From: Alphaproteobacteria bacterium
GTDB taxonomy: Bacteria > Pseudomonadota > Alphaproteobacteria > Bin95
DNA: 64,000 nucleotides
NCBI GenBank assembly: GCA_964291285.2
Contig: OZ219787.1
Coordinates: forward strand, 384,001 to 448,000
Direction: 5' to 3'
Part shown: positions 12,583 to 23,277 of the stretch, piece by piece
How positions within the stretch are numbered: position 1 is the stretch's first letter
How the letters are laid out: the number at the start of each line of letters is the position of its first letter
Made by a program: the position numbers and the translations under genes
Notes under the pieces: generated by a model
Seen by the model: only the letters and a program-made list of their open reading frames with translations
What the model was told of the DNA's origin: nothing
The model's database searches: none

Positions 12583-13609
12583 CCTGCTTATTCTCAAGGA
12601 TCATCCTGCAATGAGTAGTTGATATGGGATGGGTTGTGTTCTGACGGCGCTGTGAAGGAAGCGTGGGATCATGGAGTTGAGTTGGTATCGTCGGTTGTAT
12701 CGCCATGCGAAGCTGGCGAGGTAGCGTTCGGCATGGTCGGGACCGAGCTTTCGGTAGGTTCCGGCGATGGCGCTCTTGATGTTGCCGAGGGTCGTGTTGA
12801 CCCATTTGAAGGGGGCCATGCGGGCTGCCCGGCGGCCTGAGCCGGTACGGATGGCGCTGTGGCTTGCGGCGATGCCGTCGAGGGCGTTCCAGCAGTGCAG
12901 GGCATCGGTGACGACCTCCGTCCCCGGGGCCAGCCAGCGTTTGGCGCCGCGCGCGATCTCGCGCTTGCGGAAGCCCCTGACCGGGACGAGCTTGACCTTG
13001 CGCGGAGCCCCTTCGGCGCTGGTCGAGACCGCCGCCACGAAGGGCGTCTTGCCCGGCGCGCCCCGGCCGCGCTTGCCGCCGGAGCGCGACCCGCCGAGAT
13101 AGGCGTCGTCCATCTCGACCCGTCCTTCGAGCCGCGTGTCGGCTTCGCGCCGGGCCATCACCGCCATGATCTTCTGCTTCATGCTCCAGGCGGTCGGCTG
13201 CCTGACCCCGAGGCGGCGACCGAGTTCCACCGACGAAATGCCGTTCTTCGCCGTCACCACAAGGTGGATCGCCGCAAACCACAACGTCAGGGGCAGCTTG
13301 GTCGAGTGGAAGATCGTCCCCGACGTCACCGAAACCTGCTTCTTGCAGCGGTTGCACTGGTAAAGCCTGCGCCCGGCAAGAATGCAGTGCCCCCGATGCC
13401 CGCAGGAGCCGCACTCGAAACCGTTCGGCCAGCGCAATCGGGCTAGCACCGCCCGGCACTGATCCTCCGTGCCGAACGACGCTCGGAACGCATCGTCGCT
13501 CAAGCCACGAACACGCGATGCAACCTTGAATGCCATATCCATGACCTCCCGATAACAGAAACCCTTCCAAACCTACAATCTCACAAGATGACTCTCAAGA
13601 ATAAGCAGG
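12583..13609 (-). mobile_element. IS1595-family element, copy 1 (1027 bp)
   Basis: Terminal repeats CCTGCTTATTCT.../...AGAATAAGCAGG and 8-bp target duplication AAACCAAA. Confidence 0.95.
12601..13542 (-). CDS. IS1595-family transposase
   Basis: Zn ribbon RWPNGFECGSC...YQCNRC, VEMDDAYLGG, YLASFAWRYNRR. Confidence 0.95.
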   Translation of the reverse strand: MDMAFKVASRVRGLSDDAFRASFGTEDQCRAVLARLRWPNGFECGSCGHRGHCILAGRRLYQCNRCKKQVSVTSGTIFHSTKLPLTLWFAAIHLVVTAKNGISSVELGRRLGVRQPTAWSMKQKIMAVMARREADTRLEGRVEMDDAYLGGSRSGGKRGRGAPGKTPFVAAVSTSAEGAPRKVKLVPVRGFRKREIARGAKRWLAPGTEVVTDALHCWNALDGIAASHSAIRTGSGRRAARMAPFKWVNTTLGNIKSAIAGTYRKLGPDHAERYLASFAWRYNRRYQLNSMIPRFLHSAVRTQPIPYQLLIAG

Positions 13610-13829
13610 AAACCAAAAACCGCTTGCAATCCCCGCCGCGCGACACAATCCTCTCCCTCGTCGCTGCCGCCGGGAATCTCATCCTGATTGACGCGCGGCT
13701 CTCATCCAGATTGTCGCGCTATAGCCGTCTCCATCGTGCCGTGGTGGAACCCGGCGGCAGCGCCCCGGCCATGGCCACACCGGCACGTTCGGGCTGTAAT
13801 CGGCAAGCGCACACGCGATGCGCTCAACG

Positions 13830-14822
13830 ATGACAGGAAGGACGGCGCGCCCGGGTGGCGGGACGGGAAAGCGCGGCGGGAGCCGGTCGGGCACGCTCGC
13901 CCTGCCCGCCGACCTCGATCGCTCGCTCCGCCATCTCGACGACACGGACCTCGACCGTCCGGTCGAAGCGGCAACAGTCGAGGCCCGCAGGCGCGGGCGG
14001 CAGGCCGGCAAGACGGCTGGAGGAAGGGTGCACGCCAGGCCCACGCCGGTGACGCAGGGGCAGGAAAAGCCGATCCTTGCCGCCTTCGAGGCCGGCCTCA
14101 GGCCGGCGGCGATCGCGCGGGAGGTAAGGAACTGGTTCGCCCGCCTGCGCGCGGTGCCGGTAGCGGCCGACCGCTCCATGCCGGTGCTGTCCGTCATCAT
14201 GAGGGAGGCGGAAGCCATGGGCCTGCGCCCGGAAGGGTCCAACCCCTGCCGGGGGATCAGGCGCTACCGCCGCAAGGGCCGTGAGCGGTTCCTCCCGGAC
14301 GAGGAAATCCGTCGCCTGTCCGGGAGACTCAAGGCGCATGAGGCCCGCTGGCCGCAGCATGTCGCCGTCATCCGCCTGCTGCTGCTGACCGGATGCCGCA
14401 AGGGCGAGATCCTCACCCTGCAATGGTCCGACTACCGGGAAGGCCGCCTGTTCCTCCGCGATTCCAAGACGGAGCCCCGGACAGTCTGGCTGTCGGAGCC
14501 GGCCCGGACGGTGCTTGATCGTCTCGAGCGGAAGGGGCGGTGGATATTCCCGGCATCAAGGGGCGACCGGCCCCGGAGCGGGTGCTGGCTGTTCCACTTC
14601 TGGCGCAGGGTCCGCGCCGAGGCGGACCTGGAGGACGCCCGCCTTCACGACCTGCGCCATACGCATGCGAGCCTTGCCCTCAGGCAGGGCGAGACGGTGC
14701 TCGCCATCGGCCGGCTGCTGGGCCACCGCAGGCCGGAAACCACGCTGAAATATACCCATGTCGCCGACGCCATGGTGCAGGACGCAGCCGAGACCGTCGG
14801 CGCCGTGCTGGAGGCAGGCTGA
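13830..14822 (+). pseudogene. Tyrosine integrase A (left arm); N-terminus replaced by an unrelated small HTH-like ORF through a deletion fusion at ~14120
   Basis: From EVRNWFARL onward it is near-identical to the right-arm integrase (TGCRKGE, HDLRH, LLGH, TLKY). Upstream sequence is unrelated. Confidence 0.8.
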
Positions 14823-15966
14823 TGGCGGGCCGGGAACGCATGAAACTCACCGACGCCGCCGTCGCCCGTCTCCGCCCCCGCGGGCGGGAATATACGGTCC
14901 GGGACACGCGCATCGCCGGCCTTGGCGTCCGGGTGCGGCCCACCGGCGGGCGCAGCTGGGTGCTGCTGCTCGACAGCGGCGGGCGCACCAGGCGCGTCTC
15001 GCTCGGCCCGGTCGGCGTGAAGAGCCTGGAGGAGGTTCGCAGGGAACGCCATGCCCGCAAGGCGAACCCCGAGCCCGGCGCAAGGGCCGTGCGCGCGGGG
15101 CCGGTCCCGCTGTTCCGGGATTTCGTCGCGGGCCCGTGGAAGGAGGCGCATTTCGACCGCTGCAAGCCCTCGACGCAGAGGACCGCCCGCTATCAGCTTG
15201 CGGGCCAGCTCCTGCCGGCATTCGGATCGAAGCCGCTGGACCGCATCGGCGAGGCCGCCATCCGGCGCTGGTTCGAGCGATACAGCCGCACCGCGCCGGG
15301 CAACGCCAATCCCTGCCTTGCCCGTCTGCGGCAGATACTCAACTTCGCCCTCGCCTGCGGCCACATCGAGGTCAATCCCGTCGGGCGCATCGCCCCGAAC
15401 CGTCGCACGGCGCTCACGCGGTTCCTGTCCCGGGAGGAACTCGCACGCCTCCATGCCGCCCTGGACGCGCAGACCCGGAAGAGCGCGCGGCAGCAGGCCG
15501 ACATCGTCCGCCTCCTGCTGCTGACGGCTGCCGCAGAAGCGAGATCACGGGCCTCGGCTGGTCGGAAGTCCGCGAGGACGGGTTGGCGCTCACCGATGCC
15601 AAGACGAGGCCGAGGACGGTCCCGCTCGGCAGCCGGGCCCGGGCCATTCTCGACCGGCAGCCGCGCGCGGGCAGCCCGTTCGTGTTTCCCTCGCCGTGCG
15701 ACCCCGCCCGCCCGCGCAGCCCGGACCTGCCGCTCTGGTACCGCGTCAGACGCGAAGCCGGCATCGGGGATGTCCGCCTTCATGATCTCCGGCATACCAT
15801 GGCGAGCCATGCCGTCATGAACGGCGTGCCCGTCCCGGTGGTCTCCCGCCTGCTCGGGCATTCCAATGTGAGGATGACGCTGCGCTATGCCCATCTCGCC
15901 GACCGCGACATCGAAGCCGCCGCGGAACGCGTCGGGCAGGCCATGAGCGCCGTGCTGGAGGCTTGA
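14822..15966 (+). pseudogene. Tyrosine integrase B (left arm), frameshifted at ~15525
   Basis: One-base deletion (CTGACGGCTGC versus CTGACCGGCTGC in the right arm) inside the catalytic LTGCR motif. Confidence 0.85.
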
Positions 15967-16007
15967 TGCACGACCCGGCCCGATGCTGCCGCTATCGTCG
16001 TGTCCGG

Positions 16008-17258
16008 TCAGAACTGTCGCACGAAGGAGAGTTCGGCGCGGTTGCGGTCGTAGTCGAGGGCCTGGGCGTTGGTATCGCGCTCCTCGCGGATGAGCGAGAG
16101 GCGGGGGCTGAAGCCGAGCACGGTGACGGCGCGGTTGTGCACGGAGAACGAGAGGGTGCGCGTCTCGTCCCGGCGCGGCCTGCGGTCGATGGTGTTGTGG
16201 GCGAAGCCCTGTCCCTGGTATGCGGCGCGCTGCAGGGAGGCGCGCAGGCCAAGGGTGAAGCCGGCCGGCAGCGCGAGCGTCGCGCCGAGGCCGGCCCGGG
16301 GTCCGCGGTTGCGCCAGTGTCCGGCATTGGCGCGGGTCCAGTTGTATCCGGCATGGCCGCCGAGGCGCAGGATCGGCAGGGCGGCCCAGCTTGCGCCGAG
16401 CATCGCATCGCCGACCGGGCCGTCGAGCCAGTTGCAGCCGCGGCAGTTGCGCCGGGTGGCGCTGGCGCGGGCGAACAGGGCGAGGCGAGGCGTCAGGCGG
16501 TGCGCGCCTTCCAGCCGGACGCCGAAGCGGTCGGTCTCGGGCCGCCCGGCGGTCCATTGCCGGTCCACCACCGCCAGCAGGCTCGCCTCCGTGCTTCCGT
16601 CGATCAGCCGGCGCGGGCCGATATGGGCCGAGAGCGAATGGCGGTCGAACGCCCCGCCCTTGTATTCCCGCGCGCTGGCGTCCGCCCCGGCGCGCAGCCG
16701 CAGGGCCGGCGAAAGCGGAACCTGGTATTCGCCGCCGCCCCACAGCGAGACGCCGATGCCCGACTTGCGCGACACGTCGCCGTCGAGGGTGAAGGGCAGG
16801 CGCCCGAACGGCGTGTCGAGGAAGACCGTGCGCTCCCCCGACGCGGCGTTGAGGTTGCTGTCGGGCGCCACCGCCAGGCCGAAATGCGCCTCCCAGCGCC
16901 GCCGCGCGCGCATGATGTCGAGAAAGCGCCGGATGTTGGCGGCCACCGCCGGCGGCGGCGTCCCCGCCAGAACCTGCTCGAAATGCCGCCGCGCCAGGCT
17001 GTCCTCCTCCTTCAGGAAGAAGGCGTGCGCGAGTTCCAGACGCACCCGCACCAGGTCCGGGCGGTCCACCAGGATGGCCCGGAACGCCGCAATCGCCTCG
17101 TCGAGCTTCCCGTCGCGGGCGTCCCGGTCCGCGGCGGCCTGCGCGGCGGCAAGCGCCTCCATGCCCGCCCGGAACCGCTCGCCGGTCGCGTCCTGGCCGT
17201 GGGCCGCGGCGGCGAACAGATACAGCCCGGCCGCAATGACGAGAGCGGGTATGCGCAT
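16008..17258 (-). CDS. Slam/T11SS-type surface lipoprotein exporter (TPR plus DUF560 beta-barrel)
   Basis: Signal peptide, TPR motif RPDLVRVRLELAHAFFL, DSNLNAA and C-terminal LSFVRQF. Adjacent to a TbpB-like lipoprotein. Confidence 0.88.
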   Translation of the reverse strand: MRIPALVIAAGLYLFAAAAHGQDATGERFRAGMEALAAAQAAADRDARDGKLDEAIAAFRAILVDRPDLVRVRLELAHAFFLKEEDSLARRHFEQVLAGTPPPAVAANIRRFLDIMRARRRWEAHFGLAVAPDSNLNAASGERTVFLDTPFGRLPFTLDGDVSRKSGIGVSLWGGGEYQVPLSPALRLRAGADASAREYKGGAFDRHSLSAHIGPRRLIDGSTEASLLAVVDRQWTAGRPETDRFGVRLEGAHRLTPRLALFARASATRRNCRGCNWLDGPVGDAMLGASWAALPILRLGGHAGYNWTRANAGHWRNRGPRAGLGATLALPAGFTLGLRASLQRAAYQGQGFAHNTIDRRPRRDETRTLSFSVHNRAVTVLGFSPRLSLIREERDTNAQALDYDRNRAELSFVRQF

Positions 17259-17310
17259 GAAAACCCCTGTCCGTGCAAAGGGAACCTCCGGCCGCCCGGA
17301 GGGCGCCGGA

Positions 17311-17347
17311 GGAAAGAAGGCCCCGGCCGCGCGAAGCGGCCGGGGCC
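17311..17347 (-). terminator. Intrinsic terminator between lipoprotein and Slam (left arm)
   Basis: Minus strand GGCCCCGGCCGC-TTCGC-GCGGCCGGGGCC followed by TTCTTT. Confidence 0.6.
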
Positions 17348-17374
17348 CGGGAACGCGGATGTTCCGGGAGCAGG

Positions 17375-19078
17375 CTACTCCGCCGTCTCCGTCTTCATCC
17401 TCGTTGCGAAGGCGCCGGCAGCGTGCCCGTTCGAGAAGTGGGCGTTGAAGTCGCCGATCACGCCGACCGGACGCTTCGTGTCGCTATCGCCATAGGGCTT
17501 AGCCTGCCACTCGCCGGCCTGAGGCACTTCGCCGCCGACAGAGTCGGAACCCTGGGCAACGCCCCTGCTGCCCGGGCTGCCGACAATCTCGAGGTTGTCA
17601 TTCTTCTTCTCCGTGAGCGTAACGCTCCAGTCCTCGTCGACGGCATTCCCCATGAAGTTGTCGATCTTTCCTCCCAGTGCTGGTGTTCCCGCCGCCCCGA
17701 ACTTGGCGTTGAGCGTCACATCCGCCGTGAACTGTCCCGACTTTAGCCCCGTGACAGTGGGACCGGTGTAGGTCTTCAGCACCGACAGGCCCAGAGCCTT
17801 GCCCTCGTAGGTGGCGGTCTTGGCAAGCCCGGCGGTCTCGCTGACATCCCCGTCAGAGCCGGCGGGGCTGTGGGCGAAGAGAGTGATCCCGGTGGTGCTG
17901 CCGGTCTCATACAGCCCGTACCCGTAGCGGGCATAGACGCCATACGGCGTGTAGTAGGTGTTGCCCGCCTTCATCTGGTAGTAGCGCGTGCTGCCGGCGA
18001 TATTTTCCCCGGCCTTCTGGAAATACAGCGAACCCATCAGATTGCCGCCGTCAACCTTACAGCTGCCCTGGCAATACAACGTCCCCTTGATCCCCTTGTA
18101 ATACTGGTCGGCGAGTATGCCGGTGGCGGGGATTGGAGGAAACGTCGTCAGGGCCGTTCCATCCGAGCCGGTGAGTACGGAAAGGGGCATCCCGGCAAGG
18201 GGCAGGACATCGACATCCATGATGTTGTTGCCGAAGGCCTTCTTGACCAGGTTCCCCGCTCCGGCGATCTGCTCCCAGGTCATGGCGTCTCCCGGGAGTC
18301 CGCGCAGGTCATACTCGACGTAGGCCTTGGAGCGGCCGGTATCGGTGGCGGTGGTGTCGTCCGATGGGTCAGGGGCGACGGGCTCCGTCAGTAGTATCGC
18401 ATCCAGGAGCGGCCTCCGCAGGAGCCGAGTCTCGACCTTGGCATGGCCTTCGTTGCCGCCATCTCCTCCATAGGGCTGCAGCATGTAGAGAACCCGCCGC
18501 GCGTTGTTGCCGCTCATGGCGGCACTAGCGGGGGTTTCGCCGGCGAGGCCCTTGATCTTCGCCTCGGTATCGACCTTCGCGGCATAGCCGTTGACCGTTG
18601 TCTGGTACCCCTCGATGAGCTTGATCTGCGCTTCCACGTCCTTGATCCGCTGACCGACCACCTCCTTCTGCGACGCGAGGCCGGGCGTGCCGGCCGGCAC
18701 GGCGTTCAGGTCCGTCTGCGCCTTCCTGGCCGCCGTCAGCGCCGCCTTGGCGTCCGCCAGCGCCTTGTCGGCCGCCGCCTTCGCGGCCATCACGGCCGCG
18801 GCGTTGGTCCGGACCACCGAGCTTTCGCCTCCGGTGGTGTAGATGTCATATGCGTTCGCCAACTTGGCCGCGTCAAGCTGCATCTTGGCCGTTTTCACGG
18901 CATCCTCCGCCGCCTTCTTGGCCGCCGTGGCGGCGGCGACGTAAGACTGCGCCTTTTCGACCGGCGTCATCTCCATTTGCTGGTCGCCCATCACAGCCGG
19001 CTTTTTGGACCCGCCGCCTCCGCAGGCTGCGAGCGCCAGGCCCGCAGCGGCCATCGCCGCCAGAGCCACATGTTTCAT
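17375..19078 (-). CDS. TbpB-like surface lipoprotein, allele L (Slam cargo)
   Basis: Lipobox LAAC-GGGGS, Ala/Lys helical stalk, and C-terminal barrel ATYEGKALG...FTADVTLNAKF...LGGKIDNF...GDFNAHFSNGHAAGAF. Confidence 0.85.
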   Translation of the reverse strand: MKHVALAAMAAAGLALAACGGGGSKKPAVMGDQQMEMTPVEKAQSYVAAATAAKKAAEDAVKTAKMQLDAAKLANAYDIYTTGGESSVVRTNAAAVMAAKAAADKALADAKAALTAARKAQTDLNAVPAGTPGLASQKEVVGQRIKDVEAQIKLIEGYQTTVNGYAAKVDTEAKIKGLAGETPASAAMSGNNARRVLYMLQPYGGDGGNEGHAKVETRLLRRPLLDAILLTEPVAPDPSDDTTATDTGRSKAYVEYDLRGLPGDAMTWEQIAGAGNLVKKAFGNNIMDVDVLPLAGMPLSVLTGSDGTALTTFPPIPATGILADQYYKGIKGTLYCQGSCKVDGGNLMGSLYFQKAGENIAGSTRYYQMKAGNTYYTPYGVYARYGYGLYETGSTTGITLFAHSPAGSDGDVSETAGLAKTATYEGKALGLSVLKTYTGPTVTGLKSGQFTADVTLNAKFGAAGTPALGGKIDNFMGNAVDEDWSVTLTEKKNDNLEIVGSPGSRGVAQGSDSVGGEVPQAGEWQAKPYGDSDTKRPVGVIGDFNAHFSNGHAAGAFATRMKTETAE

Positions 19079-19169
19079 GGTTCTCATCGAACCCTTCTCC
19101 TTTTTTCTTTCAAGCCCGGACAGACCGGGCAAACCGTTTGAACCGTTCCTTCGTCGCGCGAACCGCAGG

Positions 19170-20354
19170 TCAGAAGCTCAGCGTGATGCCGGTCACGAAA
19201 CCGGCGCCCTCGACATTGCTGCCGGCGGCATTGCTGCCGGTGCTGGGCGCAGGCTTGCCTCTTTCCGCCGACGGCACGCCGAAATCGTGCTTGCCGGGCA
19301 TCGTGCCACGGTCCCTCTCGGCCATGAACAGCGAGCTTCTCCAGGCAATGCCCGGCGCCAGCATGTAGCTCGCCGAAAACAGGCCGCCCGACTGCTCCGT
19401 GCCGTCGTCGGCCTCGGTCATCGTGCCGCTCAGGCTCACCGCCAGCGCGCCTTCCGAATACATCACACCGGCGGCCACGACCTCGACATCATCCGAGGAG
19501 TCCGTCTTCATCCCGTCGTCCGCCGTGGCATAGGCGACATCGAAGCTGAACGCCCCCATGCCCACCCGCAGGCCGGCATTCGTGAAGGTGTAGTCGTCGT
19601 CGTCCATCTGGCTCTTCTGGTAGTGGCCCGCAGAGAACGCCAGGTTCATGTTGCCGAAATCGCCCTTGTAGTTGCCGGCGACCGACCAGGCGTCCATGTC
19701 GTTGTTCTTCACATTGCCGCCACGGCCTTCCTGCCCGGTGTTCGGGATGTAGCTCACGGCCATCTGCGCGCCGTTCACCCGCGGCGTGAAGTAGCTCACC
19801 AGGTTCTTGTCGCCGAGGCCGTGGCCCGCGGTCCCCAGGCCGGAGGGCCCGCACTCGTTGATGCCGTTGATCCATCTGCCCATGTCGCCGCAGACCATGC
19901 CGAAACCGGCATCCCGCACGCCCATGTGGGTGAGAACCACCGCGCTGTCCTCGGCTCCCAGCGTGATCTGACCGAACTCGCCGCCAACCGTCACCTGCGA
20001 CTCGTCGATCATCGAACCCGACTGACTGTTGCCCTCGAGCTCCACCTTCACCGAGAAGGTCATGCCGTTGTCGGCGTCCAGCTTGCCCTTGAAGAAGATC
20101 TCGCTGTCCGACTGCTGGGCAACGCCGCCCTCTTTCATCGCGTCCGCCTCGTCGTCCACATCGACCATCCCGAACCACTGCTGCATGTAGCCGCCGACGC
20201 CCACGCTCAGCATCTCCGCCGCAGACGCGGGACCCGCCGCAAGCGCAAGACCCGAGGCCGCAAGAAGAACCTTGCCCGTGAAACCCCGCGCACGGCATCC
20301 GCCATGCAGCCTGCCGTCCCCCGGCCATGCCGGGCCATGTCTTGTTGTCGTCAT
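19170..20354 (-). CDS. Alphaproteobacterial porin (left arm)
   Basis: SEIFFKGKLDADNGMTF, IDESQVTVGGEFGQITLG, SYFTPRVNG and terminal F. Confidence 0.9.
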   Translation of the reverse strand: MTTTRHGPAWPGDGRLHGGCRARGFTGKVLLAASGLALAAGPASAAEMLSVGVGGYMQQWFGMVDVDDEADAMKEGGVAQQSDSEIFFKGKLDADNGMTFSVKVELEGNSQSGSMIDESQVTVGGEFGQITLGAEDSAVVLTHMGVRDAGFGMVCGDMGRWINGINECGPSGLGTAGHGLGDKNLVSYFTPRVNGAQMAVSYIPNTGQEGRGGNVKNNDMDAWSVAGNYKGDFGNMNLAFSAGHYQKSQMDDDDYTFTNAGLRVGMGAFSFDVAYATADDGMKTDSSDDVEVVAAGVMYSEGALAVSLSGTMTEADDGTEQSGGLFSASYMLAPGIAWRSSLFMAERDRGTMPGKHDFGVPSAERGKPAPSTGSNAAGSNVEGAGFVTGITLSF

Positions 20355-20705
20355 CGTCTCGTCTCCTTCAGGTGAAAGCCCGTCCGCAGCGCCCGTCGAC
20401 CGCCGCACGCCGGAGAAGGCGCACGACGGGGCGGCAGGTCACCGGGGATGGGAGGTGAAGCCGCGGCCCCGGAAAGGCCGCGGCAGAAAGCGTGCCGGGG
20501 AAAGCCGGGCCGCCCGCAAGGCGGTCATGCCGCAAGCGCGGCGGGACCGCTCCCGCGCGCTGCCCGGCAACGTATCCATCTGCACGCGCCCGGCGCTCCT
20601 CCGCAGAGGACGCACAGGCGGGAAAGACAACAATCAGGCGGGAGCCGCTCTCCCGAAAGCGAACCGGCTGACCGGCGCCAGAAGACGGCATATGAAAGAC
20701 ATGAA

Positions 20706-20831
20706 GAGGCGCGAGGCGCGAGGCGCGAGGCGCGAGGCGCGAGGCGCGAGGCGCGAGGCGCGAGGCGCGAGGCGCGAGGCGCGAGGCGCGAGGCGCGAGG
20801 CGCGAGGCGCGAGGCGCGAGGCGCGAGGCGC
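20706..20831. repeat. Simple sequence repeat (GAGGCGC)x18
   Basis: 126 bp of perfect 7-mer, counted from the sequence. Confidence 0.95.
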
Positions 20832-20832
20832 C

Positions 20833-20864
20833 ATTCTACTCCGTGATAAAGCCTCGGAAGTCAA
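20833..20864 (-). promoter_or_regulatory. Putative promoter TTGACT-N20-TAGAAT reading into the repeat tract and porin operon (left arm)
   Basis: Both hexamers are conserved between arms although the spacer has diverged. The spacer is unusually long. Confidence 0.4.
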
Positions 20865-21439
20865 CCCGAATACACCCGCCGCTGAGATGGCGCGGAACCT
20901 CTAACCCGGCCGACGACACCGCACAAGCTCCCGGACCAACCCCCACGCCGATTTTACCGACCTGTTGCATCCATGCCACAGTCAGCCGCCGACGGGGCCC
21001 CGCAAACCGGGCCCGCGGCACCCATCGACGACCGGCAGGAGCGGCTTTCTCCACCGGCGTGCAATGGAACGCAATGGAGCGTCCGCTGCCGCGTCTTCCC
21101 CACTCCAGGCCCGCCGCCGCCAGCGGCGCATCGACAAATGCGCGCCCATTTCCCGCCGGCGGCGCCATCACCGCGCGCTGGCGCCGCCCTTCTTCTCCGC
21201 CGCTCATGGACGCCGGACGCCCCAAACGTCCATTGCCGGGCGGGTCGGCCACCCCGTATCATGAAAACAGGCGCCGGCCGCGCGGGCGGGACTTCGGGCT
21301 TTTACGGGGTTGCCTACCGGTCACGGTCCGCAAGACGGGCACCGCAGATGGCGAGTATCGGACGCCTCGGGAGCAGTGCTTTGGCGGGGCGGGGTTTTTG
21401 TGCGCCCGATCCCCAACCATTTTCACGGCAAACGACGGT

Positions 21440-21598
21440 CACATTCCGCGAATGGGATAATTGGCATCCTGCAGAGCGTGGCGGATCGCGGTGAGTCTGT
21501 GCCCTTGGGCGATCCACGACAACAATCGTAGCGCCTTCACCAGGTTGTTCTTGCCCGAAGCATTGGCGTCCGCAAGCATGGTGAGCGGCGCGAGCGGC
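21440..21598 (-). pseudogene. AAA ATPase N-terminal fragment
   Basis: LAPLTMLADANASGKNNLVKALRLLSWIAQG, a degenerate Walker A. Confidence 0.5.
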
Positions 21599-21931
21599 GG
21601 GGAGGGATGCGCGGACATGGAGCGTTTCGGTCGGGCGAAGGAAGGGTTTCTGCGCCGTTTCATGGAGTTGAAGCACGGCATCCCGAGCCACGATGCGTTT
21701 TCGGACCTGTTCAACGCCCTCGATCCCGACAGCCTGCAGAAAGTGCTGCTGCGGCTTCTGGAGGACTGGGCGGCGGTTCTGGACGGCGATGTGATCGCGA
21801 TTGACGGCAAGTCGCTGCGGCGTTCCTTCGCCGATGCCGCGGCGCGCTCGCCGGTGCATCTGGTGCAGGCCTTCGCCGCCGGGACCCGCCTGATGCTCGG
21901 CCAGGTGAAGGTCGATGACAAGTCCCCCTGA
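21596..21931 (+). pseudogene. ISAs1-family transposase fragment
   Basis: CADMERFGRAKEGFLRRFMELKHGIPSHD...IAIDGKSLRRS...LGQVKVDDKS. Confidence 0.85.
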
Positions 21932-22043
21932 TCGGCCCTGATCGGCGAGCTGCGGCAGGGGTGGCATGTTGTCCGATGCGTTTCCTACAATGATTTGAGC
22001 GTCCTGGTGGGCGTATTTTGGTTTTCACCGAGCGGGTGAAGGA

Positions 22044-22405
22044 ATGGTGAGGGGTTATCGCTCTGCGGTCAGGGTTACAGTCGAGCGAGGCGGGGCGGCC
22101 TCGACGGCGCGTGGCGGTGTGGTTCTGGTGTTCGAGTTGCTGGCGACGAGGCGGGTTCTTGCGGGTCTTCCGCGTCTGTCCGGGAGTCCGTCACAGGGCT
22201 GGAGCGACGGCCAGATGATCCTTGCGGTTCCGGTTCTGAACATGGCGGGGCTTGACCGTGTGTCGGACATTGAGGTTCTGGAGGCGGACCGGGGGCTTTG
22301 CGCTCTGGTGCGCCGGTTCGAGCCGAAGCTGTTCGGGGTCTCTCGCGGTTCTCTTGCGCGTCGGTTCCGGGGCGGTCGCGAGCGTTGCTTTCCGTCGGCG
22401 CGCTC
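22044..22405 (+). pseudogene. IS1380-like transposase N-terminal fragment
   Basis: QGWSDGQMILA...LNMAGLDRVSDIEVLEAD...RFRGGRERCFPS. Ends exactly where the right arm begins. Confidence 0.65.
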
Positions 22406-22740
22406 GAGAAGAAGGGCGGCGCCAGCGCGCGGTGATGGCGCCGCCGGCGGGAAATGGGCGCGCATTTGTCGATGCGCCGCTGGCGGCGGCGGGCCTGGAG
22501 TGGGGAAGACGCGGCAGCGGACGCTCCATTGCGTTCCATTGCACGCCGGTGGAGAAAGCCGCTCCTGCCGGTCGTCGATGGGTGCCGCGGGCCCGGTTTG
22601 CGGGGGCCCGTCGGCGGCTGACTGTGGCACGGCTGCAACAGGTCGGTAAAATCGGCGTTCGGGTTGGTCCGGGAGGTTGTGCGGTGTCGTGCGGCCGGGT
22701 TAGAGGTTCCGGGCCATCTCAGCGGCGGGTGTATCCGGAC

Positions 22741-22772
22741 TTGACTTCAGCGGCTCGAACACGGTGTAGAAT
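22741..22772 (+). promoter_or_regulatory. Putative promoter TTGACT-N20-TAGAAT (right arm)
   Basis: Immediately upstream of the repeat tract, with hexamers conserved in the other arm. Confidence 0.4.
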
Positions 22773-22926
22773 ACGCCTCGCGCCTCGCGCCTCGCGCCTC
22801 GCGCCTCGCGCCTCGCGCCTCGCGCCTCGCGCCTCGCGCCTCGCGCCTCGCGCCTCGCGCCTCGCGCCTCGCGCCTCGCGCCTCGCGCCTCGCGCCTCGC
22901 GCCTCGCGCCTCGCGCCTCGCGCCTC
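22773..22926. repeat. Simple sequence repeat (GCGCCTC)x21 plus one imperfect unit
   Basis: Counted from the sequence. Reverse complement of the left-arm unit. Confidence 0.95.
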
Positions 22927-23277
22927 TTCATGTCTTTCATTTGCCGTCTTCTGGCGCCGGTCTGCCGGTTCGCCATCGGGAGAGCGGCTCCCGCCTGATT
23001 GTTGTCTTTCCCGCCTGTGCGTCCTCTGCGGAGGAGCGCCGGGCGCGTGCAGATGGACAGGTTGCCGGGCAGCGCGCGGGAGCGCGCCCGCCGCGCTTGC
23101 GGCATGACCGCCTTGCGGGCGGCCCGGCTTTCCCCGTCACGCTTTCTGCCGCGGCCTTTCCGGGGCCGCGGCTTCACCTCCCGTCCCCGGTGACCTGCCG
23201 CCCCGTCGTGCGCCTTCTCCGGCGTGCGGCGGTCGACGGGCGCTGCGGACGGGCTTTCACCTGAAGGAGACGAGACG

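Larger units (their letters stand above)
14119..21197. repeat. Left arm of a ~7.1-kb inverted duplication (partner 22406-29604)
   Basis: Integrases, Slam, lipoprotein 5' end, porin, repeat tract and upstream region are the reverse complement of the right arm. Confidence 0.95.

Noticed and set aside
20706-22926. 7-mer tracts as a CRISPR array or as coding REARGAR repeat proteins
   Set aside because: There are no spacers or cas genes. The ORFs crossing the tracts are low-complexity and lack other coding signals.
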